The notes below the pieces were generated by a model. It had not been told where the DNA came from. It searched no databases and saw only the letters and a program-made list of their open reading frames with translations. 64,000 nt of DNA, taken from Candidatus Bathyarchaeota archaeon (GTDB lineage: Archaea > Thermoproteota > Bathyarchaeia > TCS64). Position 1 is the first letter of the stretch. Every line of letters starts with the position of its first letter. Below are positions 28,026 to 38,201 of the stretch, piece after piece. The position numbers were made by a program, and so were the translations under genes. The stretch spans positions 640,001-704,000 of the forward strand of contig CAVYLP010000006.1 in assembly GCA_963769425.1 (NCBI GenBank), read 5' to 3'.

Positions 28026-29819
28026 ATGATTCTCCTACCCGAAGAGGACAAGAAGCTACTCAGGAAAATGGAGGCGGAGGTCTCCAAGGAGACCCTAGGC
28101 GCCAACTTCGACGAGCTCATGCAGTACCCGCCACTCCACTCGGGGAGCCCCGAGGAGGAGAAGGCGATACAGGTCCTACGCAGGAAGCTTGAGGAGTACG
28201 GGCTCGAGCCCAAGGTGCTCCGCTACGAGGCCTACGTCACAGACCCGAAGACGGCGAAGTTGACGGTGACGGCACCGCAGGTCATGGAGGTCCAGACGAC
28301 GCCCTACAGGCAGGCTGGCTCAACCTCGCCGGAGGGTTTCGAGGCAGATGTCATCTACGTGCCCCCGGACATGATCGGGTTCCAGGAGTGCCGGGGTAAA
28401 ATCGTGCTCTGCGAGCAGAAGACGAGCGGCGACTGGATGGGGCTGCAGGGCAAGCTGCTCCTCACACTGCAGGATATGGGCGTCGCCGGGCTCATAGTCA
28501 TCGAGCAGGACGACTACATGCCGAGCGTCTGCCACCAGAGGGCAGACTTCTCCGTCTCGGGCAACCCGACCCCCGACAATTTCCACCTCATACCCACGAT
28601 TCCCGCCATACTCCACGTCTCGAACAGGGACGGGGCAAAGCTGCGCAAGATGGCGCAGGGAGGCGGCATGAGGGCGCACATCGTTAGCTTCGCTGAGACC
28701 CGTTGGAAGAAGCTTCCCCTCCTCGTAACCGAGATCAAGGGCGGGAAGGAGCCGGACAGGTTCGTGCTCGTCAACGGTCACGTCGACACGCCCCCATACT
28801 GTATGGGCGCAACCGACAACATAAGCGGCGACACCGCCATTCTCGAGGTCGCCCGAATCCTCAACAAGCACAAGGAGAAGCTCCGCAGGAGCGTCAGGAT
28901 CGCCTACTGGACGGGGCACGAGATCGGTAAGTACGCGGGGTCGACTTACTACAACGACGCCTTCTGGCACGACCTTCGCTACAACTGTGTGGCGAGCTAC
29001 AACATCGACTCCCCCGGTTGTCAGGGGGCGACGACGGTGCGCGAGGCGCCTTATAGTGAGGTTCTCGAGGCCGTGCTAGAGAGCATCAAGGACGCCACCG
29101 GGATAATCGTGGAGCACTATAGGTGGCCCACGAGAGCCGGTGACGGCAGCTTCTGGAGCACCGGGCTCCCACACTTCGGCGTGACCACGAGCCGCCCTAA
29201 GGAGACCTACGACCCGCACGTCAACTACTCGGGCGGCGGCTGGTGGTGGCACACCCCCTTCGAGACATACGACAAGATGGACCTCGACATACTCGTAACA
29301 GACGTCAAGATAGAGCTCAACCTCATCTGGCGCCTCGCCAACTGCCCCGTCATCCCCTTCGACTACACCACATACGCGAAGAGGATGGTCGAGATACTCG
29401 AGGACATGCAGAAGAAGTCGGACAAGATAGTGGACTTCTACAACCTCCACCACCTCATCGCCGAGGCGAAGGAGCTCGTCGAGCTCTCGGAGAGGCTCGA
29501 GGAGGCGTCGAAGAAGGTGGCGAAGGGCGGCAGCCAGGCGAAGGTCGAGGAGCTGAACAGGTGCCTCATGTGGGTGGGGCGCCATGTCAACCCCGTCAGC
29601 CACAGCGACGCCGACATCGCAAACCAGGTGAGCATGGAGACCTTCGGGGCGCAGCCCTTCCCGAGGATAAGCCAGATCACGGACCTCGCCTCCATGACCC
29701 TCCACCAGTCCCCCGAGTTCAAGTTCCTCTACACGAAGCTCGTGAGGGAGAGGAACCTCGTGGAGGACGGCTTCTACCAAGCGAACGAGCTGATCAAGGC
29801 GACGCTTGGGAAGCTCTAG
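28026..29819 (+). CDS. M28-family peptidase with PA domain
   Basis: GHVD, GATDNISG, WTGHE, YNIDSPG, WWWHT..ET.DK. Confidence 0.85.
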   Translation: MILLPEEDKKLLRKMEAEVSKETLGANFDELMQYPPLHSGSPEEEKAIQVLRRKLEEYGLEPKVLRYEAYVTDPKTAKLTVTAPQVMEVQTTPYRQAGSTSPEGFEADVIYVPPDMIGFQECRGKIVLCEQKTSGDWMGLQGKLLLTLQDMGVAGLIVIEQDDYMPSVCHQRADFSVSGNPTPDNFHLIPTIPAILHVSNRDGAKLRKMAQGGGMRAHIVSFAETRWKKLPLLVTEIKGGKEPDRFVLVNGHVDTPPYCMGATDNISGDTAILEVARILNKHKEKLRRSVRIAYWTGHEIGKYAGSTYYNDAFWHDLRYNCVASYNIDSPGCQGATTVREAPYSEVLEAVLESIKDATGIIVEHYRWPTRAGDGSFWSTGLPHFGVTTSRPKETYDPHVNYSGGGWWWHTPFETYDKMDLDILVTDVKIELNLIWRLANCPVIPFDYTTYAKRMVEILEDMQKKSDKIVDFYNLHHLIAEAKELVELSERLEEASKKVAKGGSQAKVEELNRCLMWVGRHVNPVSHSDADIANQVSMETFGAQPFPRISQITDLASMTLHQSPEFKFLYTKLVRERNLVEDGFYQANELIKATLGKL

Positions 29820-29822
29820 CCG

Positions 29823-30743
29823 GTGTTCCGAGTGGTCCCTTCCCCGTTCCGAGTAGGGCTGATGGTAACCGAGCAGTGTGACGCCGAGTGCGCCCATTGC
29901 TGGTTCGAATGCTCACCTGGCAGGGGGGCGACGATGTCTCGCTACGACGCGGAGGACTATATAGACAGGGCGGCACAGACAGGCTCGGTCGAGTGGGTGA
30001 GCCTCACGGGGGGCGAGCCGATGCTTCACCCGAGCCTCGTCGAGGGCCTCATCGCATACGCCTCGGGGAGGGGATTGAGGACCGAGCTTGTCACAAACTG
30101 CTCGTGGGCCACGTCGCAAGAGAAGGCCGCTGGGACTCTGAAGCGGCTCAGGGACGCCGGCCTAGATGTGCTGAACATGAGCGCCGACGACTTCCACCTG
30201 CCCGAGATCCCCTTCGAGAGGGTCCGCAACTGCTACGAGGCCGCGAAGCGGCTTGGGATCAAGATGGTCATCATGACGGCTCTGAAGAGGTCGAGCCGCA
30301 TCGATCTCGCAGAGGTTTCGCAGCTGCTCGGGGAGGAAGTGGAGAGGCCCGGCCCTGAGCCTCCTCGGGGCTCGGTGATCGGTTTGGAGTCGGGCTTCAT
30401 CCCCGTGGGCAGGGGGGCGAGTATCCCCTGTACGGAGTGGCACCTCGACGGGTCGCTCCTCACGGGTGGCTGCGAGGCCGTCCTCAGGGACATCGGGGTG
30501 AGACCGAATGGCGAGGTGATGCCCTGCTGCTCGGCGTCCGCCACGCTCACCGGCTTCGGCATAGGCAACCTTTCCGAGTGGGAACTCGGTGAATTGCTTG
30601 AGGAGGCTTGGAAGAGCGAGGTCTTCAAGGTTCTAAGCGAGAAGGGGCCGATTGGCCTCACTGATACGCGACCAGACGGGATCTATGTGAATAAGTGCCA
30701 CCTGTGCAGCGAGGTCCTGAAACCGATTCTCGCCCCACTGTAG
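29823..30743 (+). CDS. Radical SAM protein with SPASM/twitch-like C-terminus
   Basis: CDAECAHC, LTGGEP, LVTN, and C-terminal C...G.VMPCC...KCHLC. Confidence 0.9.
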   Translation: MFRVVPSPFRVGLMVTEQCDAECAHCWFECSPGRGATMSRYDAEDYIDRAAQTGSVEWVSLTGGEPMLHPSLVEGLIAYASGRGLRTELVTNCSWATSQEKAAGTLKRLRDAGLDVLNMSADDFHLPEIPFERVRNCYEAAKRLGIKMVIMTALKRSSRIDLAEVSQLLGEEVERPGPEPPRGSVIGLESGFIPVGRGASIPCTEWHLDGSLLTGGCEAVLRDIGVRPNGEVMPCCSASATLTGFGIGNLSEWELGELLEEAWKSEVFKVLSEKGPIGLTDTRPDGIYVNKCHLCSEVLKPILAPL

Positions 30744-30964
30744 TGGATCAGTTTGCCTCTGGCTTCCTCAACCCCTCGATTGCTTCGTAGAAATGAGCGG
30801 AAGCGCACATCTCCTCTATTTCCCACACTTCGATAGTGGGTGGTTCGATATCATAAGCCTTCGAGAGTTCATGATGCCTGGTTTCTGGGTCGTTAAAAGC
30901 CTGGGTAGCCTTTTGCCCCATGTTTCTACTTTCGGAAGCCCGCTATGTATACCTAACCGAATCC

Positions 30965-31801
30965 TCAGGCGTTCAGTTCCCTGAGGAACCCGACCTTGCC
31001 GAGGTAGGTGCCGTCTAGTAGGTAGACCTCGAAGTCGTCCGTCTTTATAGCGTTCCTCCTCAGCATGGGGCCGAGCAGGCTCTGGGGGGCCTCGCCGTTG
31101 ACGGGTAGGCCGCCGAGGAGATCGTTGAAGGTGGGCATGAGGATCATCTCGGGGGAGCCCATCTCGGCGTCGTATTGCTCGTTGAAGGCGGCGACAGGGT
31201 CTCCCTCGAACTTCACGGCGTCCTGCTCTAGGAACGCCTTCGCGAGCCTCACCGGGTCGGCGACCCCCTTCACCCAGGCTCGCTGAACCATCCTGATGCC
31301 CAGCGGTGTGCGGAGCAGCACGGTGGGGTGGTTATGCCCCGCGATGAGGCAGTCTGCCTCTAGCGCCTTCGCCTTGGGCCATGCATGGCCGTGGAAGATG
31401 GCGATCTTGTAGTCCTCCCCAAGGATTATGCCCTTACTACTGTGTATTTCGACACCTTTCGTGGCGAGGTCCTGTATGTTGCCGTCGTGGTTGCCCCTCG
31501 TCACGTCGATCCGGGGCACCTCGGTGAGCAGGACCTCGAACAAGGTTGGAAGTTCCCTCTTCTCCTGGAAGCTTGTCACCGGGACACCGTGCTTAACGTC
31601 TCCAGCGATCACGAGCCTGTCGGGCTTGTACTTCTTGCAGAGTGCTAGTAGTTCCCCCTGTATTCTCTCCGTCTGGTAGGGAATGTTCACACCCGCCTTG
31701 CTCAGCTCGTACTCCAGCCCGATGTGGAGGTCGGCTACTATGAGTATCCTCTCGCCGATGTCTGCCAGCAGAGCGGGCCATGGGGCGAGCAGTCGAATCA
31801 A
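30965..31801 (-). CDS. Metallophosphoesterase (calcineurin-like)
   Basis: ADLHIG, AGDVKH, RGNHD, FHGH, AGHNHP, MPTFN. Confidence 0.9.
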   Translation of the reverse strand: MIRLLAPWPALLADIGERILIVADLHIGLEYELSKAGVNIPYQTERIQGELLALCKKYKPDRLVIAGDVKHGVPVTSFQEKRELPTLFEVLLTEVPRIDVTRGNHDGNIQDLATKGVEIHSSKGIILGEDYKIAIFHGHAWPKAKALEADCLIAGHNHPTVLLRTPLGIRMVQRAWVKGVADPVRLAKAFLEQDAVKFEGDPVAAFNEQYDAEMGSPEMILMPTFNDLLGGLPVNGEAPQSLLGPMLRRNAIKTDDFEVYLLDGTYLGKVGFLRELNA

Positions 31802-31892
31802 GGTTCCCTGAAACCCCCTCCGCCGCCGGATTTAAACCGGTTCCTCTCCGCAACGGTCAAAACATGAGGCGCATAGTACACTCTGAACCTGC

Positions 31893-32312
31893 TTGGTCAC
31901 AGAGGAACGGCTCATACTGGAGCGCGTGCTTGACGAGGTGCGCACGGAGAAGCAGCTGAGCCGCTCCAACTGGGAGAGGCTCCGGGGGACCTTCGGCTAC
32001 CGCTTCGACAGGGCTTGGAGGCTCGTGCAGGAGAAACGAGTTAAGAGGTACACGTTCCATCCATCGGGGAGGGTCGTCTGGGTCGTAGTCGGGCAGGGTG
32101 GTGAATATCAAATATACCCCAATGCGGGGTACTGCGGCTGCGACGACTTCTACTTCCGCGTCGTCGACGGGGAGGCGGGTCTATGCTACCACCTCCTAGG
32201 CCAGAGGCTCGCCGAGGCCTTGGGGAGTTTCGACCTCATTGAGGAGGAGGACGAGGCGTACCGCCTCCTCACCGGGGAGTGGAGGGCGCAGATACGTTCC
32301 GAGGAAGACTAA
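31893..32312 (+). CDS. SWIM zinc-finger protein
   Basis: WVVVG...YCGCDDFYFR...LCYH (CxC...CxH). Confidence 0.85.
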   Translation: MVTEERLILERVLDEVRTEKQLSRSNWERLRGTFGYRFDRAWRLVQEKRVKRYTFHPSGRVVWVVVGQGGEYQIYPNAGYCGCDDFYFRVVDGEAGLCYHLLGQRLAEALGSFDLIEEEDEAYRLLTGEWRAQIRSEED

Positions 32313-32346
32313 ACCTAAATACTCTCGTCAATTACTCTTAGGCGAT

Positions 32347-32460
32347 ATGGACATCAGTACGTTCTACTCGTTGTTAACTGACCTGTCGTGGATACTGGCG
32401 CTGGCGGCCGCCGGCCTCGGCTTCCTCTACGTCTTCCTCAAGCCTGAGGAGAAGCAGTAA
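32347..32460 (+). CDS. Putative small single-TM protein (37 aa)
   Basis: MDISTFYSLLTDLSWILALAAAGLGFLYVFLKPEEKQ, GC3-rich codons. Confidence 0.6.
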   Translation: MDISTFYSLLTDLSWILALAAAGLGFLYVFLKPEEKQ

Positions 32461-32503
32461 ATCACTTTTATAGCGCTTACCTTAATGGTAGGACGTTAGA
32501 GAC

Positions 32504-34024
32504 ATGTCCGCCACCGAGGATGTCATAAAGCGAATCCTTGCCGTCAAGCCGAATCTCACGAGGGAGGCAGTTGAGCGCCTGATTCAGGAGGAGAAGGCGA
32601 AGGCCGCCGGCCTGCTCACGGATGAGGCCGCGGCACATCTTGTTGCGTCTAACCTCGGCATGGACGGAGCGGGTGAGCGGATCGAAGCGAAGCTCAAGAT
32701 CGGGGCCCTCACCTCGGGGCTCAACGATGTAAGCCTAACGGGGAGGGTGCTTCACCTCTTCCCGTCGAGGACGTTCCAGCGGGCCGACGGGCGCCAAGGC
32801 AAGGTCCTCAGGATGCTTATCGGGGACGCCACTGGTATCGTCGCTGTCGTCTTCTGGGACGACAAGGCGGACCACATTGTGGCGAGCAAGGTGACCCGGG
32901 GGAAGATTATACGGGTCCTCCACGGCTACAGCCGTGAGAGGCAGGGCACCGGCGAGGTCGAGGTCAACGTGGGTAACCGCGGCACCGTCTACATGGAGCC
33001 ACTCGACGCGGTAGACTCCGAGTTCCCCCAGATGGACTCCTTCTTCAAGACACCTGGGCAGATCAGTGCAACAGGCACCGTCAACGTCGAGGGCGTCATA
33101 ATGAGTCGGTCCCCCACGTCAACATTCACCCGCAAGGACGGCACCGAGGGCAAGGTCGCCCGCCTCAGCATCGAAGAGGGGGGCAGACAGATCACAGCGG
33201 TCCTCTGGGACGAGAAGGTCGATGAGGCCGCGAAGTGGGGCGACGGCACCCGGGTACACATCATAGGCGCAAACTCCAAGGTCCGCCAGGGTGGCGGCTT
33301 CGAGGTCCACCTCAACAGGAGCAGCGAGGTAGAGGTCCTCGAGGAGGGAGTACTACCCCGCGAGCCACTCAGCCAGTGGTCTAAGATCGGTGAGCTGAGG
33401 GACGGGATGCGCAGCGTGAGCACCGCCGGCAGGGTCACGAGCGTCGGTGAACCTCGCGAGTTCACCCGCAAGGACGGGACAAAGGGTCGGGTAGCCTCGG
33501 TGGTCCTCGAGGACGAGACCGGCATCATAAGGCTCAGCCTCTGGGACGACGACGTTAACGCCCTCAACGACATGCCCGTTGGCACTGTCGTCGCCGTGGA
33601 GAACGGTTACACCCGGGCGGGCTTCGGCAACACTATCGACCTCAACGTGGGCCGCCTCGGCACCATGAAGGTCAACCCCGCCGACATCCACGTCGAGGTC
33701 ATCGACGCCGCCGAGCGCGTCACCCAGATCAAGGACCTCCAGGAGGGGCAGAAGAACGTCACAGTGGAGGGACAGCTCCTCGATGACCCGATAAGCAGGG
33801 AGGTCAACACGATGAGGGGCCCCACGAACGTGGTTAGCTTCCGCGTGGACGACGGCACCGGGGAGGCGAGGATAAGCCTCTGGAGGGAGCACGGCAAAGC
33901 CGTCGAGGGATTAACAGCCGGCGCCCGCATAAGGCTGGAGAACTGCAACATCCGCGAGCCCTTCGACGGCCTCATGCAGGTGACGAGCACCCAGTTCACG
34001 AGGATCACGGTCCTGAAGAAGTAA
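32504..34024 (+). CDS. rpa: Replication protein A (multi-OB-fold ssDNA-binding protein)
   Basis: N-terminal GLLTDEAAAHLVA domain, then four OB repeats (F.R.DG..GKV...D.TG...WD). Confidence 0.9.
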   Translation: MSATEDVIKRILAVKPNLTREAVERLIQEEKAKAAGLLTDEAAAHLVASNLGMDGAGERIEAKLKIGALTSGLNDVSLTGRVLHLFPSRTFQRADGRQGKVLRMLIGDATGIVAVVFWDDKADHIVASKVTRGKIIRVLHGYSRERQGTGEVEVNVGNRGTVYMEPLDAVDSEFPQMDSFFKTPGQISATGTVNVEGVIMSRSPTSTFTRKDGTEGKVARLSIEEGGRQITAVLWDEKVDEAAKWGDGTRVHIIGANSKVRQGGGFEVHLNRSSEVEVLEEGVLPREPLSQWSKIGELRDGMRSVSTAGRVTSVGEPREFTRKDGTKGRVASVVLEDETGIIRLSLWDDDVNALNDMPVGTVVAVENGYTRAGFGNTIDLNVGRLGTMKVNPADIHVEVIDAAERVTQIKDLQEGQKNVTVEGQLLDDPISREVNTMRGPTNVVSFRVDDGTGEARISLWREHGKAVEGLTAGARIRLENCNIREPFDGLMQVTSTQFTRITVLKK

Positions 34025-34086
34025 CAGTGAAGACCCCTTACATTCTTCGGTAATTTGTATATTCAGCTTCAGAATACTGTAAGCCA

Positions 34087-34305
34087 ATGGACCAAATCGG
34101 CACCGTCGAGGTCATCCTAATATTTAGTCTGATCATCATTCTGCCCCTGATTTACATTCGAGTCATGCGGGGCAAGGATAGCAGCCGTCAGTATCAGGAG
34201 CGACCGAGCCAGGACTGGAAGGACACCGTAGAGTATCGGCAAGGGGAAGAGTACCTCAAGGTCATGCGCCACGACAAGGAACCCGAGGAAGACGAAAAGA
34301 AATGA
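34087..34305 (+). CDS. Small membrane protein
   Basis: N-terminal TM (IGTVEVILIFSLIIILPLIYI) and a charged tail. Confidence 0.65.
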   Translation: MDQIGTVEVILIFSLIIILPLIYIRVMRGKDSSRQYQERPSQDWKDTVEYRQGEEYLKVMRHDKEPEEDEKK

Positions 34306-34415
34306 AATAGGCACACGTAGAGTGTGTTTTTGGGATCCTTTTCTTAATGTGGTGGCTAAGTTTTTTTCCAGCTTTCTCTGAGGTGTATCGGGCTGTGGCA
34401 GCACAAGTCACCCGG

Positions 34416-35789
34416 CTATTTCCGGGCCTTCTCCATAGTTCCGATACTCGCATCGAGGACGTCAAGGCTCTTGTCCACGAGGTCCCTCGTGATTATGAGC
34501 GGGGGCATAAGGCGTATGACGCTCTTGCCGCAGTTGACAACCGCAATCCCCTTCCGGAAGCAGTCCATCATCACGTCCTCCGTCTCCTGAGCGGCGGGGA
34601 TCTTGCTCCTCTTGTCCTTCACGAGCTCCAGCCCACACATGAGGCCGAGGCCGCGGACATCACCGACCATCGGGTGGCTCTCCTTCATCTCCTCCAGCCT
34701 CTTCATGATGTGTGCGCCCTGCTTCTGGGCGTTCTCGAGCATCTTCTCCTCCTTCATCGCCTTGATGACAGCGGAAGCAGCTGCGCAGGCGACGGGGTTT
34801 GCTCCGAAGGTGGAGGCGTGGCTACCCGGCGTCCAGTCCTGGAGATCGGCGCGGCTCGCCATAATTCCCAGCGGCAAGCCCGCGGCGATCGCCTTCGCGA
34901 TTGTGACGATGTCGGGGACCACATCGAAGTGCTCTATGGCGAACCACTTGCCGGTTCTACCCATACCCGACTGGACCTCGTCAACCGCTAGGAGGATGCC
35001 ATAGGTGTCGAGGAGCTTCTTGAGCTTCTTGAAGTAGCCCTTGGGGGGCACGACGTACCCACCCTCCCCTTGGACGGCCTCGACGATGAGCATAGCGACC
35101 TCCTCTGGGGGCACGAATTTGCTGAAGAGGTACTCCTCGATGTAGTCGACGCAGTAGTAGTCGCAACTGGGGCACTCGAGGTGGAACGGGCAGCGGTAGC
35201 AGTATGGGTAGAATAGGTGCTCGACGCCGGGGACGAGGGGCGCGAAGTATCTACGCTGCGCCGGCCTCGAAGCCGTCAGGCTAACAGCACCCATCGTCCT
35301 GCCGTGGAAGCTGCTTATGTAGGCGAGGATGTACTGGCGCTTCGTGTGCCAGCGGGCGAGCTTGATAGCCGCCTCATTCGCCTCAGCGCCGCTGTTCCCG
35401 TAGAAGAACTTCTTCTCGAACGTCCCAGGGACGATGGCGTGTAGCTGCTCTCCAAGGTCGATGTAGTTCTCGTAGAAGAAGTCGGTGTAGCTGTAGCTGA
35501 GGAACTTGTCCACCTGCTCGTGAATGGCCTTAAGCACCTTCGGGTGGCTGTGCCCCACGCCCGTGACGGCTAAACCCGCGTTCATGTCGATGAACTCGTT
35601 TCCATCAACGTCCGTGACTATGCAGCCCTTCGCCTCCTTCACGACGAGCGGATATGCCCTGCCGAAGGAGGGGGATATGTACCTCTCGTCCCTGGCGACG
35701 GCCTTCCTCGCCTTGGGACCGGGAGGCGTGACTACAATCTTCGGGTAACTCAAACCTTTACACCCTCTTCGGGCTACAGTCTGTCCCAC
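34416..35789 (-). CDS. Class III PLP aminotransferase (acetylornithine/4-aminobutyrate type)
   Basis: NSGAEANEAAIK, FHGRT, EAVQGEGG, DEVQSGMGRTG, AKAIAAG, HASTFG. Confidence 0.93.
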   Translation of the reverse strand: MGQTVARRGCKGLSYPKIVVTPPGPKARKAVARDERYISPSFGRAYPLVVKEAKGCIVTDVDGNEFIDMNAGLAVTGVGHSHPKVLKAIHEQVDKFLSYSYTDFFYENYIDLGEQLHAIVPGTFEKKFFYGNSGAEANEAAIKLARWHTKRQYILAYISSFHGRTMGAVSLTASRPAQRRYFAPLVPGVEHLFYPYCYRCPFHLECPSCDYYCVDYIEEYLFSKFVPPEEVAMLIVEAVQGEGGYVVPPKGYFKKLKKLLDTYGILLAVDEVQSGMGRTGKWFAIEHFDVVPDIVTIAKAIAAGLPLGIMASRADLQDWTPGSHASTFGANPVACAAASAVIKAMKEEKMLENAQKQGAHIMKRLEEMKESHPMVGDVRGLGLMCGLELVKDKRSKIPAAQETEDVMMDCFRKGIAVVNCGKSVIRLMPPLIITRDLVDKSLDVLDASIGTMEKARK

Positions 35790-35816
35790 CTAGGATAAAA
35801 GGAATGACAGCTTGCC

Positions 35817-36095
35817 CTACCTGGGAGTAATTGCTATCTCTATCGTTGATACGTTTCCCTCTGGCTCCACCCTCGCGTCGGTGCCTATGTTTATGGACTC
35901 GATGCGGGCGTCGCGGACGAAGACCCTCCGCAGCATCTCCGCGGTGTCAACGGCGTTGGCTATGTTCCTCCCCCTCGCCCTGAGCACCACTCCGGGAACC
36001 CCCTCATTGAACAGCGTGAGGCAGGCGACGACGTAGTTCATCGTCGGCTTCGCACCGACTATGACGTAGTTGCCGCGCTCGGTGTCACCCATCAA
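35817..36095 (-). CDS. albA: DNA/RNA-binding protein Alba
   Basis: VIVGAKPTMNYV, LRARGRNIANAVDTAE, VSTIEI. Confidence 0.92.
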   Translation of the reverse strand: MMGDTERGNYVIVGAKPTMNYVVACLTLFNEGVPGVVLRARGRNIANAVDTAEMLRRVFVRDARIESINIGTDARVEPEGNVSTIEIAITPR

Positions 36096-36137
36096 GGAGG
36101 TATCCGCGTAGGGACGCGGGTGGGGATTTAAAGGTAG

Positions 36138-37914
36138 TCAGAGGAGGAGGGCCGCGGCAACCGCTGCCACGAAGCTGAGGGGAAGGGCGGTGACAGCCGT
36201 TCTGATGAAGACTCGGAAGCTCTTCTTGACCAAGTCCCTCAGGACACCGATGCCCTTCAAGCCAATGATAGATACCTCATCCAAGGCTATTCTATCGTGC
36301 GAAACCTCCGCGGGTGTAAGCACAGCACTCGTTCAATGCCTCCCCAACGTACTGCAGCACCTTATCGTGCTCCATCGCTTCCCCGGCGGGGTGGTAACCT
36401 CTATCCGTAGCACCGATGGCGTTCACGATGTGGGTGTCGGAGGACATGACCTCGGCCTCAACAAACCCGAGGGAGGCTACGTGGGTCAGGGCCTCCTCGC
36501 GGAACCCCTGTATGATGTTGTTGCTGTCGAAGACGACGTAGGCGTTCCTCCCCGCGGGTGTCTCCACGACGAGAGCGCCTATCCCGCAGGGGCCCATCCC
36601 CTCGTCGGGGCCCCAATCAGACGGCTTGACTCGTGAGAAGCCAACTTTGAACGGGCCAGCGCTCGACACTTGAGCCTTCCTCATCGCCTCCCCGGCGGCG
36701 GCGACGAGGTTTTCTGCGTCTGCGTCGCTCAGGAAGTCATCGTTGTCCAGGCAGTTGTGGGCATCCGCTATCACCGCCGTCAGTCCCAGCTTCTGAGCCG
36801 CGTCCCTGATTCTGTCCTTGACCGTGTCAGGGATGTCGTCGTGGCTCTTCGGGGCCAGTGTCAGTGTTAGGAACGCCGCCGAACCGAATATCTGGCAGGA
36901 TGCCTTCGCCCCGGAGACCTCCGCCCTCACCATGGGGGTGCAAAACCCCGACTTGGCCGGGTCAGTGGCCCAGTTTAGGGCTGAGACGACCCTCTCCATG
37001 TCCCGGCTCCTAGTCATGTCACTCTCGTGGCTCGATATGCCGTGGACGACCAGCGTCTCGCAAGGCACGCCCTCCGTTATTGCCGTGCTGAGGCAGCTGC
37101 TGCCGACGTTTCTGAAGGGGCCCGGGTGGATGTAGGGCGCCACCAGGTTCCCGATGCACCTCTCCTCCGAGTAGAATGATAACTCGTCAACCTCTAGGGT
37201 CACGGACTCTGAGATGGTTGCGAGTTGGTCCTCCAGCTGCTCGTTTTGCTGCTCCGCCCACGCGTAGACGAAGCCTCGAAACATCGGGATAATCCTGATC
37301 TGTCCTAAGCTCCACGTGCTCAGCCTGATGAGAAGTATCGCCGGGCCGACGAGAATCAAGGCGAGGACGACTAGTAGGGTCGCTGGGGGGATCTGCCAGA
37401 CCTGCGGCAGGAGCAGGTACGTCCCAACCATCATCAGGAGTGGCTGGATCCCTATCGCGACAACAGTCTTCGCGAACCCACGCGTCGAGAAAACGGAGAA
37501 GATGAGGACCCTGATGCTCACGGATGAGTAGACCGTCAGCAGGACCCCACGTAGGAGAATGTCCGGCTTGCCCGAGAATCCTGAGAATATACCAAGCAAC
37601 GTGAGGAGCATCCCACCCGCGAGGCACCAGACGAAGGAGACGATGCTTACCCTTCGCGAGTTCAGGAGGGGGTCTCCCCTGTAGAGGGTATCAGTAAGGA
37701 GATCGGACGCGATCACCGGCAGGGCGATCGCGATTACGCCGAATATTAGCCCTTGCAACAGCCCCGCGGGGCCGTACGCCAAGCCAAATGACAGTGTCCC
37801 CGCCAGCCCCATAGTGACGATGATAAAGGAGACCATCCTGAAGCGGGATGGGAACGTGAACAGGTAGGAATAGTAATCGATTATGTTCCCTATTGCTTCC
37901 CTGCTCGACGACAG
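36138..37914 (-). CDS. DUF2070 family membrane protein (frameshift near 36325)
   Basis: N-terminal TMs, IHPGPFRNVGSS, DAHNC, DSNN, SSDTHIVN. The C-terminal TM is in ORF 36138-36323. The frame is open upstream to a CTG at 37914. Confidence 0.8.
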
Positions 37915-37975
37915 AGTTGACCCAGCCTAATTGATGGGACGTATGCTAGTTGTGGTTAAAAGTCTTTAATAGTGC

Positions 37976-38161
37976 CTAGAAGGCGAGTCCAGCGAAGAAT
38001 ATCCTCGCCACGAGGACTACGGCAATCAACACGAAGGCGCCGCCGACGACGAACTCGGGCCTAACCTTGGGGCCATTCGTCTCGTCCTGGAAGAACCTCA
38101 TAAGACCGGCGCTGCTCTGCGGCATCCCCGGTGCCTGGTCCTTCTTCTTCTTTCCACTCAT
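37976..38161 (-). CDS. secG: Preprotein translocase subunit Sec61beta
   Basis: PQSSAGLMRFFQDE..GPKVRPEFVV followed by a TM helix. Confidence 0.92.
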   Translation of the reverse strand: MSGKKKKDQAPGMPQSSAGLMRFFQDETNGPKVRPEFVVGGAFVLIAVVLVARIFFAGLAF

Positions 38162-38201
38162 AGATGATCCACCCAGATACTGGTAATTCCCCCTAAAAGG
38201 G

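Noticed and set aside
16910-30898. TGGGTCGTTAAAA shared by the tRNA-Gly promoter and 30886-30898
   Set aside because: Short and TATA-containing. No tRNA-like sequence follows the second copy, only a probable gene-tail remnant.
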